Assembly (NCBI GenBank): GCA_965207375.1
Contig: OZ242274.1
Location: 384,001 to 448,000 of the forward strand
Origin: Nitrosopumilaceae archaeon
GTDB lineage: Archaea > Thermoproteota > Nitrososphaeria > Nitrososphaerales > Nitrosopumilaceae
DNA: 64,000 nt
Direction of reading: 5' to 3'
The position numbers and the translations under genes were made by a program. The number at the start of each line of letters is the position of its first letter. Position 1 is the first letter of the stretch. Of the stretch, positions 39,799-49,632 are shown one piece after another. The notes below the pieces were generated by a model that saw only the letters and a list, made by a program, of their open reading frames with translations, did no database searches and was not told the DNA's origin.

Positions 39799-39870
39799 TT
39801 ATTTTGAGGTGTGTTTTTCCAAATTATCTGCTAGAGTTTCATAGTGTTGACGAGATTTACCAATTTCTTT
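39799..39870 (-). pseudogene. 3' remnant of a gene cut at the putative IS66 left end
   Basis: KEIGKSRQHYETLADNLEKHTSK* abuts GTAACATTCC at 39871. Confidence 0.3.
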
Positions 39871-40222
39871 GTAACATTCCCACTTTCTAAAGTTCCTTAT
39901 ATAGTCAGGCAGTAAAGCATAAGGATCACCACTATCAGCATAAAATATGCTGCCAGGATTTGATCTTGAGGGAATAGATTGGAAGAATCCCGATGTCAAC
40001 AGGCTTTTCGAGGTTCTTACTGAAAAATTTGATCAAATGGATAAACAAATTAAAGATCTACAAAAAGACAATCATCTAAAAGATGTAAAAAGTGAACAAG
40101 TGATTGCAGAAAATAAACAGCTAAAAGAAGAAATGGTTCAACTAAAAAAACTCATAGCAAAGCTGTAAAAGAAAAAAACAAGATCCAGTCATGTCAGTAG
40201 CTATAACACCAGAGAGTACAAG

Positions 40223-41304
40223 AGAGGTGATCCGTAATTATTTTTTATGCGTGCCTACTGCCATCCAGATGCCCTGTTTCAGTCAGGCCATCTGATTCAA
40301 CCGCCACAATATGCTACGGTTTACCAAACCGCACACAATATCGTTGATCCGGTCGTATTTTATGAGTGGATTCCTGTATACATTTCCCATAATACGCCAT
40401 GTTTTGACCCTGCGTATTGCATGTTCTACGTATACGCGAATCTTTGAGTGGATTTTGTTGTATTCTTTTTGCTCTTCTGTGAGCTTTGCACCCTTTTTCT
40501 TTTTGATTGGAGTGCACAGTATCCCTCCGGGAACCTCAGGTGCCCCTTGGTATCCTCTGTCTGCATATATGGTGACCTGTGCTTCATCAGGTATTTTCTC
40601 TGGAAATGTTGGAGGTTTTTTCTTGTATACTGTAACGTCATGTACTTTTCCTGGCGAATGACGTGTCTTGTGCACGATTAGTCCATGCGTGTTAGTCGTA
40701 TATTGTATCTTAGAGGTGTGTTCTCCTGCCTTGCCAAAATAGTGGGACTTTTCCATGTCCTTGCGTCCTGGTCTTTGTATTTTCTGTTCTGAGGCATCAA
40801 CAAAACATCTGAGACCTGGAAGAATCTCTTCTAATTCCTCAATGGAGGAAATTCTCTTCATCTGGTCGTGTATCTTGGTAGGTATTGGAATGCATAGTTT
40901 TAGGATGGGCTCTATATGTGTAATAGAGCGCGATACAGAGGCCTGTCCTATTCCAAACATGACTGCTGCTACATCCTGTGTACAGTATGTACGATAGTAA
41001 AACAAAAGTAGCATCACCTGGTCTCGTACATTTAATGCGAATCTGCGGCCTGCACCTATTGCGCGCACTCTGTTTTCTCTAGAGAGTCTCTTTTTTTCTG
41101 CTCTTGGATACTTTTTTTCCACCTTAGATACTAACAAATCAAATTCTTTGGCAGACATGCCTGTTATGGCACGAAATCTTCTGGTATTTTTTACCAGTTT
41201 TTCATAGGACATCATGAGTTGTGGTAGATTCGGGTGATATTTGGATCTTTTTGGTATTGCTAGGCGTGAAATTTAGGGAAATTGGCTAATTACGAATCAC
41301 CTCT
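40223..41304 (-). mobile_element. second IS5-family element, intact
   Basis: 18-bp TIRs AGAGGTGAT(C/T)CGTAATTA with 1 mismatch; target duplication AAG at 40220-40222 and 41305-41307. Confidence 0.93.
40283..41215 (-). CDS. IS5-family transposase
   Basis: FRAITG, GAGRR, FGIGQASVSR, VDASEQ, PGKVHD, ADRGYQG, RVYVEHAIRRVK. Confidence 0.93.
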   Translation of the reverse strand: MMSYEKLVKNTRRFRAITGMSAKEFDLLVSKVEKKYPRAEKKRLSRENRVRAIGAGRRFALNVRDQVMLLLFYYRTYCTQDVAAVMFGIGQASVSRSITHIEPILKLCIPIPTKIHDQMKRISSIEELEEILPGLRCFVDASEQKIQRPGRKDMEKSHYFGKAGEHTSKIQYTTNTHGLIVHKTRHSPGKVHDVTVYKKKPPTFPEKIPDEAQVTIYADRGYQGAPEVPGGILCTPIKKKKGAKLTEEQKEYNKIHSKIRVYVEHAIRRVKTWRIMGNVYRNPLIKYDRINDIVCGLVNRSILWRLNQMA

Positions 41305-42592
41305 AAGGGATACCCAAAGATCAAAAAACAAAAGACACAGCCAAAATATACACAGCAAGAATCTGAGACTAACAATCTAACCATAGATCACAAGTTTTGT
41401 CCACAATGTGGTAATGCTCTTGCAGATTCATCAAGCAAATACACCAGAAACGGTGAATCAATAATAGACGGCAAATGGTCTAACGTCAATATGACCATTG
41501 TAGGCAGATACTGCAAAAAATGTGCACAAATGCAATATGCAAAACCTGTTGACTTTTTGTCCAATGAAAAATTTAGCATCACTATAATGGCAAGAATTTC
41601 TACAATGAGACACCTGACTATATCGTATGGCAAAATACAGAAACTCTTGCAGATGTTTTACGGCAAAAATATGGCAATCTCTACACTAGAAAGACTTGAT
41701 GCGCAAGCCTCAAAATGCCTAGAACCGCTCTACTATTCGCTTCTTGATGAAATTACCAAGGCAAAAATCGTAGGAGGTGATGAAACAGGATGGTATCTAA
41801 ACGGCAAACTATGCTGGGCATGGGTGTTTCATTCGATATACACGGTAGTATATCACATCTCACAATCTAGAAGCAAAATGGTATCTGAGACGTTTCTAAA
41901 GGATTTTGAGGGCATACTAATGGGTGACTCTCATCCTGGATGGAGTGTTGCAGACATACTTCAAAAATGCCTGCTACACTATTTCAGGGACATGTACAGA
42001 ACGCTTGAAAAAAATGACAAAAAAGAATTTCAGAGCTTCTTTGATGAACTATACAAGATACTAAAATCTGCAATAAAGCTTGGCAAAAAACATGACACAG
42101 TACAGGACATTGCAAAGGGCAGTATAACCAAACTGCAAAAAAGAATCAATGCACTTGCTACAGGAACATATGAGGATGAAGATTGTCTCAGATATGTAAA
42201 GCGACTAAAGCGTGAGGGTAACTCTTTGCTAACATTTCTAAAATATGATGGTGTGCCGTACCACAACAACGCAAGCGAGCAGGCAATGCGCATATTTGCC
42301 ATAATGCGAAAAGTATTCTACGGTAGTCGCTCAGAGAAAGGCCTCAAAACCACAGAGATACGTCAAAGCATATTTGCCACATGTGAAAGGCGCGATGTAA
42401 ATCCGTATCATTTCGTCAAGGAATATCTGCGTGGCAATATCAAAGAAATCCCCATGCCAAAAGTCACAGTTGCTGCATGATATAATCAAATGTACAGTGT
42501 ATAATACACAAAATTTGATGCTGTATGATCATTTCTATAGTCTGGATATGTTCTGTGCCGGTTCATTGTCGTAAACTGCACTAGGGTTTTGC

Positions 42593-42977
42593 ATGCAGTC
42601 TCATGGATCATCTAAAAACCAGAGTAACTTCAGAAGGTCGATCTGTTACAAAAGAACACGTAACCTTGTCAAAAGGTATGCCAATGATGAAATTGTGGGT
42701 AAATTTGTAGCAAAACTGTCACGGGCCATACCTGACATGTTCCGGTTTGTCATAGACCCTCGTATACCATCTACAAGCAATCTTGCAGAGCAGAGCCTGC
42801 GTGAGTATGTTGTGTGCAGGAGAATACGTGGATGTCTCAGATCTGAAAAAAGTATGGAGCGTAGAGGCAATCTGTATACGTGTGTTACTACCTGGAAGAA
42901 TCTGGGACAGGATTATCTAGCAGAGCTGGTTCGGTACATTTAGGGCCAAAAATGCTCAAAAATAGGTGAACAAGTAC
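42593..42977 (+). mobile_element. C-terminal remnant and right end of a second, different IS66-like element
   Basis: IPSTSNLAEQSLRE.V..R+I.G..RS motif; terminal GGTGAACAAGTAC (42965-42977) resembles IS66 GTA-type ends. Confidence 0.7.
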
Positions 42978-43358
42978 TTAATTTTTATTGTAATAATCTG
43001 TATGGGGATTTTATTATCTGCCGGATTTTACACTGTACTGTATTATACACAAGAGTATTTTCCCGAAGGATATGAACCATATGCGGAACATTTTAAAAAA
43101 TTGCCAGAAGTTCAATTATTTTATGAAAAATATGAAAATGCTAAACCTCATTATGGGATATTAGAAACGATTTCATATTTTGCTACTAATGAGGATTGGA
43201 GTGCAGATGTAGAACTAGCAATATATCATAAACATCATAGTTTTGAAATAAAACGCATTGTGCTTATCTGTCATCCCATAGGAGAATATGAAAAAGGATA
43301 TGAAATACAAGAAAATATTATAGAGTATTTACAAAATGACAGTTGTTTTGAAAGCTAA
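42966..43358 (+). CDS. membrane-anchored hypothetical protein
   Basis: N-terminal TM; LPEVQLFYEKY; two Cys. Confidence 0.6.
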   Translation: MNKYLIFIVIICMGILLSAGFYTVLYYTQEYFPEGYEPYAEHFKKLPEVQLFYEKYENAKPHYGILETISYFATNEDWSADVELAIYHKHHSFEIKRIVLICHPIGEYEKGYEIQENIIEYLQNDSCFES

Positions 43359-43513
43359 TAACCATGACGGCTGTACTGTAATACTTGCCTCGTATTTGAG
43401 AATCTTGGCAACACTGCATCAAATAATCTAAAATAATATAGAAACAAAATCGTCACACAGGTAACATAAAAATACCAAAATCAGGATTTTGCATCCAAAT
43501 TAATCGTACTTGA

Positions 43514-44182
43514 TCAAGGTACACTTGCATCTCTTAAATAATACAAAACAAGCTCATCCCCAATTTTTTGTGTTTTTTCTAGGCGTAATTTGGGCGAGTC
43601 TTTGACCTTGAAGAATCCCTGCCCGGAAACCAAAGAGACAGAATCTTTACCACCTATTATTCTAGGAGATACGGTAACTACAAGTTTGTCATAGAGGTTT
43701 TTTTCAACAAAATCCCAGTTTACAGCAGCACCGCCTTCAACTAGCAGTGTTTTGATTTTTTTAGAAATCAATTTTTTTAATAATAATTTCAAGTCTATCC
43801 TACGATCTCCTGCAAAAATTATTTCAACTGGGAATTTTTGCAGCCGTTTGTAATTTTTTTTGGAAATCATTTGCGATACTGCTATAATGGTGGAAATTTG
43901 CTCAGACGTTTGCAGTATTTGAGAATGTGATGAAATTGTTCCCCTAGAATCAAGTATCACACGTATAGGATTTTTCCCCCTGACGTGACGTACCGTAAGC
44001 AGTGGATCATCGCAGTGCAAAGTGTTGGTTCCAATCAGGATTGCATCATTTTGCGAGCGCAACCTGTGAAGTCTGATCAAATCCTTTTTTGATGAAAGTT
44101 GCGAGTCTCCTGATTTGGTTGCAATTTTGCCATCAACAGAAATTGCAGCACTAATTGTTACTGTAGGTCTAGATTTTTCCAT
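43514..44182 (-). CDS. arfC: 2,5-diamino-6-ribosylamino-4(3H)-pyrimidinone 5'-phosphate reductase (RibD C-terminal type)
   Basis: AISVDGKIA, HRLR, DDPLLTVR, LLVEGG, PRIIGG. Confidence 0.88.
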   Translation of the reverse strand: MEKSRPTVTISAAISVDGKIATKSGDSQLSSKKDLIRLHRLRSQNDAILIGTNTLHCDDPLLTVRHVRGKNPIRVILDSRGTISSHSQILQTSEQISTIIAVSQMISKKNYKRLQKFPVEIIFAGDRRIDLKLLLKKLISKKIKTLLVEGGAAVNWDFVEKNLYDKLVVTVSPRIIGGKDSVSLVSGQGFFKVKDSPKLRLEKTQKIGDELVLYYLRDASVP

Positions 44183-45359
44183 GGACTAGCCTTCCTCCAA
44201 TCATTACTGCCCGTATGGCAGTCTCTGATGCCCTATGTACAATAGATGCATGTGGACTGTGCATCGGTTCAAGATCAATTGCGTGCTTGTCTAAAAATAC
44301 GGCATCGGCAAATTTTGCCTTGCCAATTACGCCTATATTTTTTCGCAATAGTTTACCTGCGTTTACGGTGGCCATCTGTAAAATTACTTTTGGATCAACG
44401 CGATGTTTTTTTGTACCCATTGTAACCTTCCAGAGATAATCCATTTCACGGAACATATCAGGTGAATTTATCATGATGTTGTCGGTTCCAAGTGCCAAAT
44501 TGCATCCGGATTTACGCATTAGTTCAAAGTCAGGGATACCTTCAGCCAATGATGCATTGGCGCGCGGACAAATCACTATTCCACGCGTCTTTTTTGCTAC
44601 AACTCTAAGCTCTGCAGGTGTCGCATGAGTCATGTGAATTAAAAAATGAGGTTTTAGGTTTAATGCACGCATTACCTCAGATTTTTTTGAGATTTTTTGA
44701 GATGTCATGACACTTTGTTTGGTCTCGGCTGCATGAATTGCACGAATTTTGGCAGTTTTTGAATAATGATATAACAGTGAGTTGCTATTTTCATTTGCCC
44801 CGCTAATTCCTAGGCCGTCACACTTTTTGAGCAGCTCCTCTAGCTCCTGTTTTTTGGTCTGTGGGAATTTCTCATTTGAGCGTACCTGTCTTGTATCATG
44901 ATACAGGCCGATTCGCCCCAAAATTATACAACGAATTGGGCTAGAGGATACGGCATCCTTGAGAAGGTTTACGCCAGATATGCCATTTTCCCTAAAATCT
45001 ACAAATGTCGTAATTCCTTTTTGTAGCATCGATTGACAGGAATTTTTCATAAATGAGACTAGATGTGCAGATGCAGTCTTTGAAAGAATCTTAGATTTTA
45101 CGCCAAATATGGGATGTATGCGGTTATCAACTGAGCTGTCAAGTGTGACGTCCTTTCCTATGGAATCGCCAATGTGCGTATGACAATTAACCAAACCCGG
45201 AATCATCAACAATCCCTCACAGTCAATTGATTCCTCCCCAGAACTCGGGTGAAGATTGGTTTGAATCTTGTAAAACTTTTGATCCCGTATTTGCAGGTTA
45301 GTTTTTGGAGTGTATTTTAGGTCATTTCCTAAAAGTACGCTTGCATTTTTTATCAGCAT
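44169..45359 (-). CDS. metal-dependent amidohydrolase (deaminase type)
   Basis: PGLVNCHTHIGD, DFRE, IHAAE, IHMTH, CPRAN, GTDN. Confidence 0.85.
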   Translation of the reverse strand: MLIKNASVLLGNDLKYTPKTNLQIRDQKFYKIQTNLHPSSGEESIDCEGLLMIPGLVNCHTHIGDSIGKDVTLDSSVDNRIHPIFGVKSKILSKTASAHLVSFMKNSCQSMLQKGITTFVDFRENGISGVNLLKDAVSSSPIRCIILGRIGLYHDTRQVRSNEKFPQTKKQELEELLKKCDGLGISGANENSNSLLYHYSKTAKIRAIHAAETKQSVMTSQKISKKSEVMRALNLKPHFLIHMTHATPAELRVVAKKTRGIVICPRANASLAEGIPDFELMRKSGCNLALGTDNIMINSPDMFREMDYLWKVTMGTKKHRVDPKVILQMATVNAGKLLRKNIGVIGKAKFADAVFLDKHAIDLEPMHSPHASIVHRASETAIRAVMIGGRLVHGKI

Positions 45360-46099
45360 GACAATTCGTAGATTGAGGGCTTTTGTAATCCCTCATCCCG
45401 GATTTTGCGTATGGCATCGAGGGCTTTTGTAGCAAGGCTTGCAGCATCCCGAGATGTCTGTGCATGGCCTATTCCACAATTTAGTGTGATACCGTTTTGT
45501 TTTGCAACAGATAAAAATTGCTGAGCTGCATCTCCGCCGTCACTGCACGCCACTATCATAAAATTATCACCTCCCAGAAAAAACGTCAGACAATTTTTTT
45601 CTATAAAAAATTTGGACATTTTAGCATAGAGTGAAAATATTATAGAGCTAATCTCATAAGGAGACTTTGTTTTTTGTGATGAGGTCAGGTCTTCTATATC
45701 CATGTGCATTATAGTGACTTTTTTGCTTGACTCGTCAATAAAGCCAGATATCATGTGTTTTTCATCAAGATACGTTTTGTTCTTTTGTGCCTCAAATGCC
45801 TTTAGATTTGCCTCATATGGAGTCTCTGCTGCTCCGATAGACATTGCAAGCTTTAGATCAAATTTTGACTGGAGGTGCCGTTGAATGGCGATGTGATCAT
45901 CAAGGGTCAGGCCATTGCTTACTGCAAAATATTCATCACTTCTGTTTAAAAATACAAGGCTGTTTCTTTGTGAGAACTGGTCTTGAATTTCTTTGTAAAG
46001 CGATGCTTGCAACATTTGCAGTTTGTGTTCTCTGTCACTTCCCAAAGTCAGAGTCCATGGACCGTATCCGGTAATCTTGAGAATTGTTAACTGGATCAT
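45353..46099 (-). CDS. gch3: GTP cyclohydrolase III
   Basis: GYGPWTLTLGSDREH.LQ, RSDE, HMDI, FLGGDNF, GIG. Confidence 0.9.
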   Translation of the reverse strand: MIQLTILKITGYGPWTLTLGSDREHKLQMLQASLYKEIQDQFSQRNSLVFLNRSDEYFAVSNGLTLDDHIAIQRHLQSKFDLKLAMSIGAAETPYEANLKAFEAQKNKTYLDEKHMISGFIDESSKKVTIMHMDIEDLTSSQKTKSPYEISSIIFSLYAKMSKFFIEKNCLTFFLGGDNFMIVACSDGGDAAQQFLSVAKQNGITLNCGIGHAQTSRDAASLATKALDAIRKIRDEGLQKPSIYELSC

Positions 46100-46518
46100 T
46101 TTGAAATTTTCTTTAGCTCCTTTGAAATAGTGAGAACAGACTCTACTGCACGTTCTGCAACCGGTCTAATTCTGGCATATGCTTGTCTTTTTTGCATTCC
46201 GGGACCAGAGATGCCCAAAGACACAGGCTTTTGATACCTGATTGACAACTCAGATAGTGCGCGTGATACGGTATAAGAAATTACCTCGTCATGTTTGGTT
46301 TGGCCCTTGATAATTGCACCAAGTGTAACTACTGCATCTATGTCTTTTCGTTTTAGCAGTGCATCTACAACAATTGGCATATCATAAGAGCCGGGAACGT
46401 GTGCCGTATGTTTAATCTTGATTTTTAACAATTCGGCCTTTTCTTGGGCAACTGACTGCATTCTAGATGTGATATCTTTGTTAAACTCTGCTACTACCAA
46501 AGCAATGTTCAAAATCAA
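46096..46518 (-). CDS. ribH: 6,7-dimethyl-8-ribityllumazine synthase
   Basis: VAEFN, VPGSYD, LGAIIKGQTKHD, KPVSLG. Confidence 0.93.
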   Translation of the reverse strand: MILNIALVVAEFNKDITSRMQSVAQEKAELLKIKIKHTAHVPGSYDMPIVVDALLKRKDIDAVVTLGAIIKGQTKHDEVISYTVSRALSELSIRYQKPVSLGISGPGMQKRQAYARIRPVAERAVESVLTISKELKKISK

Positions 46519-47183
46519 TGCACCTTAGAGTATTCTAGCAGCTCCCTTCCGTCTAAGAATGGAATTGCATTTTGTGTTGCATATTTTTGTGCCTTTTTGA
46601 CTGATAGTGCAGAATATGTTTCTGCATCCATCATTTCACAAATTGCAGTAACAGGCACAAGCTCTGCAACTTTGCTCAGATACACAGACATCTCAGTATG
46701 TCCCTGTCTTTTAGATAACAGTCCTTTAGATGCTATTAACAATGGAACGTGTCCGGGAGTTTTAAAGGAAGATACAAATTTTTTGTGGGGATTTTCAACA
46801 TTGTACAGTCTTGCCATCTGTTCAATCGTAATTGCTCGGTCTTTGTCAGTAATTCCGGTATAGGTTTGATAATGATTTATACTAATTGAAAACGTAGGAT
46901 GATCGCCGTAAGGTGCCAATCCCATAATCATGTCCTTGTTTTGCACAGATAATGAGTCGCTTAAAATTTCATGCATATAACGAAGATCAAGCTTGTCGGC
47001 AAACTGCCTGTCAATTGCAATGCAAAGCAGTCCACCTGCATGTTGTCTCATTCTTGCAACATGTTCAGCTGTTGCAAATTGTGCTGCCACCACCATATCT
47101 ATTTCGTTTTCCCTGCCTTCAGAGTCGTACAAGAGAACAAACTCCCCACGCTTGAGAGAATCTATGGCAGAGGAAACACCCAT
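46515..47183 (-). CDS. ribB: 3,4-dihydroxy-2-butanone-4-phosphate synthase
   Basis: DSEGRENEIDM, GGLLC, TGITDKDRA, PGHV, RQGHTE, ICEM. Confidence 0.93.
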   Translation of the reverse strand: MGVSSAIDSLKRGEFVLLYDSEGRENEIDMVVAAQFATAEHVARMRQHAGGLLCIAIDRQFADKLDLRYMHEILSDSLSVQNKDMIMGLAPYGDHPTFSISINHYQTYTGITDKDRAITIEQMARLYNVENPHKKFVSSFKTPGHVPLLIASKGLLSKRQGHTEMSVYLSKVAELVPVTAICEMMDAETYSALSVKKAQKYATQNAIPFLDGRELLEYSKVH

Positions 47184-47255
47184 ACAAAAATCGGTTAAAT
47201 CTGTAGATATAAGGATTACTAAAAAAATGGTAATTACCACTAAAGTTGTAGATAA

Positions 47256-47846
47256 TTATTTTTGTGCCAGAATATATTTGCCCAAGATGTCAGTTTCAAT
47301 ATTAACTTTGTCGCCTATTTTTTTTGTCTTAAAATTTGTAATCTCAATTGTATGAGGAATGAGACATACTGATGCTGTGTTTTGTTTTTTCTCAACTACT
47401 GTCAGGCTGATACCATCAATTGCAATAGAGCCTTTTTTTACAACGTATCGTGTGAGTTTTTTTGGCAGCTCTAACCAAACTTTGATCTCCTTTGGTTTTT
47501 TCTGAATCTTGATTATAGTAGCTGTACCATCTACATGTCCTAAAACAAAATGACCCTCTAATCTGTCTCCTGCCTTTAGGCTCCTTTCTATGTTGACTAT
47601 GCTGCCTTTGCTGAGATTTCCAAGATCAGTTTTCTTTGTGGTCTCATCAATTACCTCAAAATTACACCTGTTCTTGAGCAGTTTGGTTACAGTGAGACAT
47701 ACGCCATTGAGTGCGACGCTTTGTCCAACTTTAAGAGACTTGGAGTTTTTTCCAAGATCTACTGTCATCTCAATGGCACTACGATTCTTTGTGCTTTTGG
47801 AAATTTTTTCCACATGTCCTATTCCTTCAACTATTCCGGTAAACAT
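47256..47846 (-). CDS. ribE: riboflavin synthase, bacterial alpha type
   Basis: MFTGIVE, SVALNGVCLTV, GHFVLGHVDG, KGSIAIDGISLTV, VNIETD. Confidence 0.93.
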   Translation of the reverse strand: MFTGIVEGIGHVEKISKSTKNRSAIEMTVDLGKNSKSLKVGQSVALNGVCLTVTKLLKNRCNFEVIDETTKKTDLGNLSKGSIVNIERSLKAGDRLEGHFVLGHVDGTATIIKIQKKPKEIKVWLELPKKLTRYVVKKGSIAIDGISLTVVEKKQNTASVCLIPHTIEITNFKTKKIGDKVNIETDILGKYILAQK

Positions 47847-47889
47847 AATCAACAAACGGCCTCTTGTTTTATAAAAATCGTGCCAAAAA

Positions 47890-48627
47890 TCATTTTTGTC
47901 TGTTTCGAAGTTTGCGCTGTTCTAATTCGTAAAATTCATCAGTACAGTACTGGTGAAATACGGAGCAGTTGTTTTGTTTGGCATTTTTTTTAAATTCTGC
48001 CATCCTTTCAATTAACACACCTTGTGCAGCTAAAAATGACTCATCCTCATGACCCATGCGTGAGAACATATGGGCCTTTGCCTCAGAGACACCCTGTATT
48101 GTTGCATCAATTTGCTGTACTGCGTCATAGGTTTGTGCAGCCTTTTGATAGTTGCCTAGATATCCAAAGGTATTGGCTTTGTTGAGTAACGCAGTGATAT
48201 TTTTGTCATCTAATTCAATTACCTGATTATATAGTATCATGGCATCTTGGTGCCTGTCTAACTCATTTAGTGCTAGGCCCTTTGTATTTAGCGCCCAAAC
48301 ATCTTTTGGATTAATAGACAGTAAAGTGTCTGCACACAAAATGACCTTATCAAAGCTGTGCATTTCTTCATAACACATGATTTTATTTCTTAATCCATGC
48401 TCATCGGTGGGATTTTTTTCTAAAATGATATTACAATATATTATTGCCTCATCCCATTCCTTGAGATGTAAAAATGCAGTGGAGATATTTTGTAATGCCA
48501 ACAAGTCGCCTGGATTCTGATCTAAAAGTTTCTTGCAAAACACAACAAGATCCTCGTATTTTTTGGCATCAAACATTCTAGTGATAACAGTCAAAGGATC
48601 AAGCAGGTCAATCAAGATTTTCGTCAT
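47890..48627 (-). CDS. tetratricopeptide repeat protein
   Basis: Repeated A...KG.AL...A...Y...I..DP helices. Confidence 0.85.
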   Translation of the reverse strand: MTKILIDLLDPLTVITRMFDAKKYEDLVVFCKKLLDQNPGDLLALQNISTAFLHLKEWDEAIIYCNIILEKNPTDEHGLRNKIMCYEEMHSFDKVILCADTLLSINPKDVWALNTKGLALNELDRHQDAMILYNQVIELDDKNITALLNKANTFGYLGNYQKAAQTYDAVQQIDATIQGVSEAKAHMFSRMGHEDESFLAAQGVLIERMAEFKKNAKQNNCSVFHQYCTDEFYELEQRKLRNRQK

Positions 48628-48764
48628 AAATAGTAGATGTGTTGTTATCTTTATTGTTTATCAAAAACTGTAGTTTTTACCCATACATTAGGTTCTAATC
48701 TTGGCCTAAATATCCAAAATAAACCGATATCTATTCTAATTAAGCACGGTAACGGTGTGATGTA

Positions 48765-49625
48765 TTATCGACTCTGCTTTACTAGACCAAGTAATGCCTT
48801 TGCTTGCTTGTAATGAACCTCATCAATCATTTTTCCATCAACTGTTGTGGCGCCTTTACCCTTTTTGGCAGATTGCAAATACACATCACAGACCTTTTTT
48901 GCCCAGCTGATTTGGGTTTTGGTCGGAAAAAACAGCTTGTGAACGGTGTCAATTTGATCAGGATGGATTACGCTTTTTCCACAATAGCCCAGCTGCTTGC
49001 CAATTTTACAATCATGTATCAGTCCTTTTTTGTCTTCAAGGTCTTGCCAGATTGCATCTATTGCAGAAACTCCAGCTGCTGCTGCATCAACTGGGATTTT
49101 TGCTCTAGAGTATGCAGCACCTAATGGTTGCTTTGTATACTCTATACCCAAGTCATTTAGTAAATCAAATACTCCAAAGACTACGGCGCACACACGCTTG
49201 CTAAATGATGAGATTGCAGCAGCATTGACTATGCCCTGCGCAGACTCTATTGACGGAATTATGTCTAGCGGCTCAAGTTTTGCCTTTTTTTCTACAGCAT
49301 TTAGAGACCTTTGTATAGTCTTGAGCTCTTTTGTGTTGTTTACCTTGGGTATTACAATTCCATCTATTCCCTTTTGAACAACTCTGAGATCGGCTGGAAT
49401 CAGTCCTGAGCAAGGCGCATTGATTCTAACAAAGATTGATGATTTGTATTGAGATCGTGACTTTAGTGCGGATTTTATCAGTTTTCGTGCGTTTTTCTTA
49501 TCAGATAGGGGTACTGAATCCTCCAAATCAAAACAAACAATGTCTGCCTGGAGCGATTTTGCCTTTTCTAAAAATCTGGCATTATTTCCTGGAACAAAAA
49601 TGAGACTGCGGAAAAGCCTTGTCAT
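48765..49625 (-). CDS. CitE-like CoA ester lyase (HpcH/HpaI family)
   Basis: RSLIFVPG, DLEDSV, VRIN, IES, GKSVIHPDQI, GKMID. Confidence 0.88.
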   Translation of the reverse strand: MTRLFRSLIFVPGNNARFLEKAKSLQADIVCFDLEDSVPLSDKKNARKLIKSALKSRSQYKSSIFVRINAPCSGLIPADLRVVQKGIDGIVIPKVNNTKELKTIQRSLNAVEKKAKLEPLDIIPSIESAQGIVNAAAISSFSKRVCAVVFGVFDLLNDLGIEYTKQPLGAAYSRAKIPVDAAAAGVSAIDAIWQDLEDKKGLIHDCKIGKQLGYCGKSVIHPDQIDTVHKLFFPTKTQISWAKKVCDVYLQSAKKGKGATTVDGKMIDEVHYKQAKALLGLVKQSR

Positions 49626-49632
49626 TAAATGA

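Larger units (their letters stand above)
39947..42480 (+). pseudogene. IS66-like transposase disrupted by a TAA (40166-40168) and an IS5 insertion
   Basis: Removing 40223-41307 restores one frame: coiled coil - CPQCG - CKKC - GDETGW - GD - QKCL.H - HNNASEQAMR. Confidence 0.85.

Noticed and set aside
41219-41234. 16-mer TTGTGGTAGATTCGGG shared between the IS5 leader and the two zinc-ribbon repeats near 26.3 and 26.6 kb
   Set aside because: About one such match is expected by chance in 64 kb; no flanking similarity and no guide-like context
42525-42553. Possible right TIR of the first IS66-like element
   Set aside because: Only a gapped, weak match to 39871-39900 and no 8-bp target duplication
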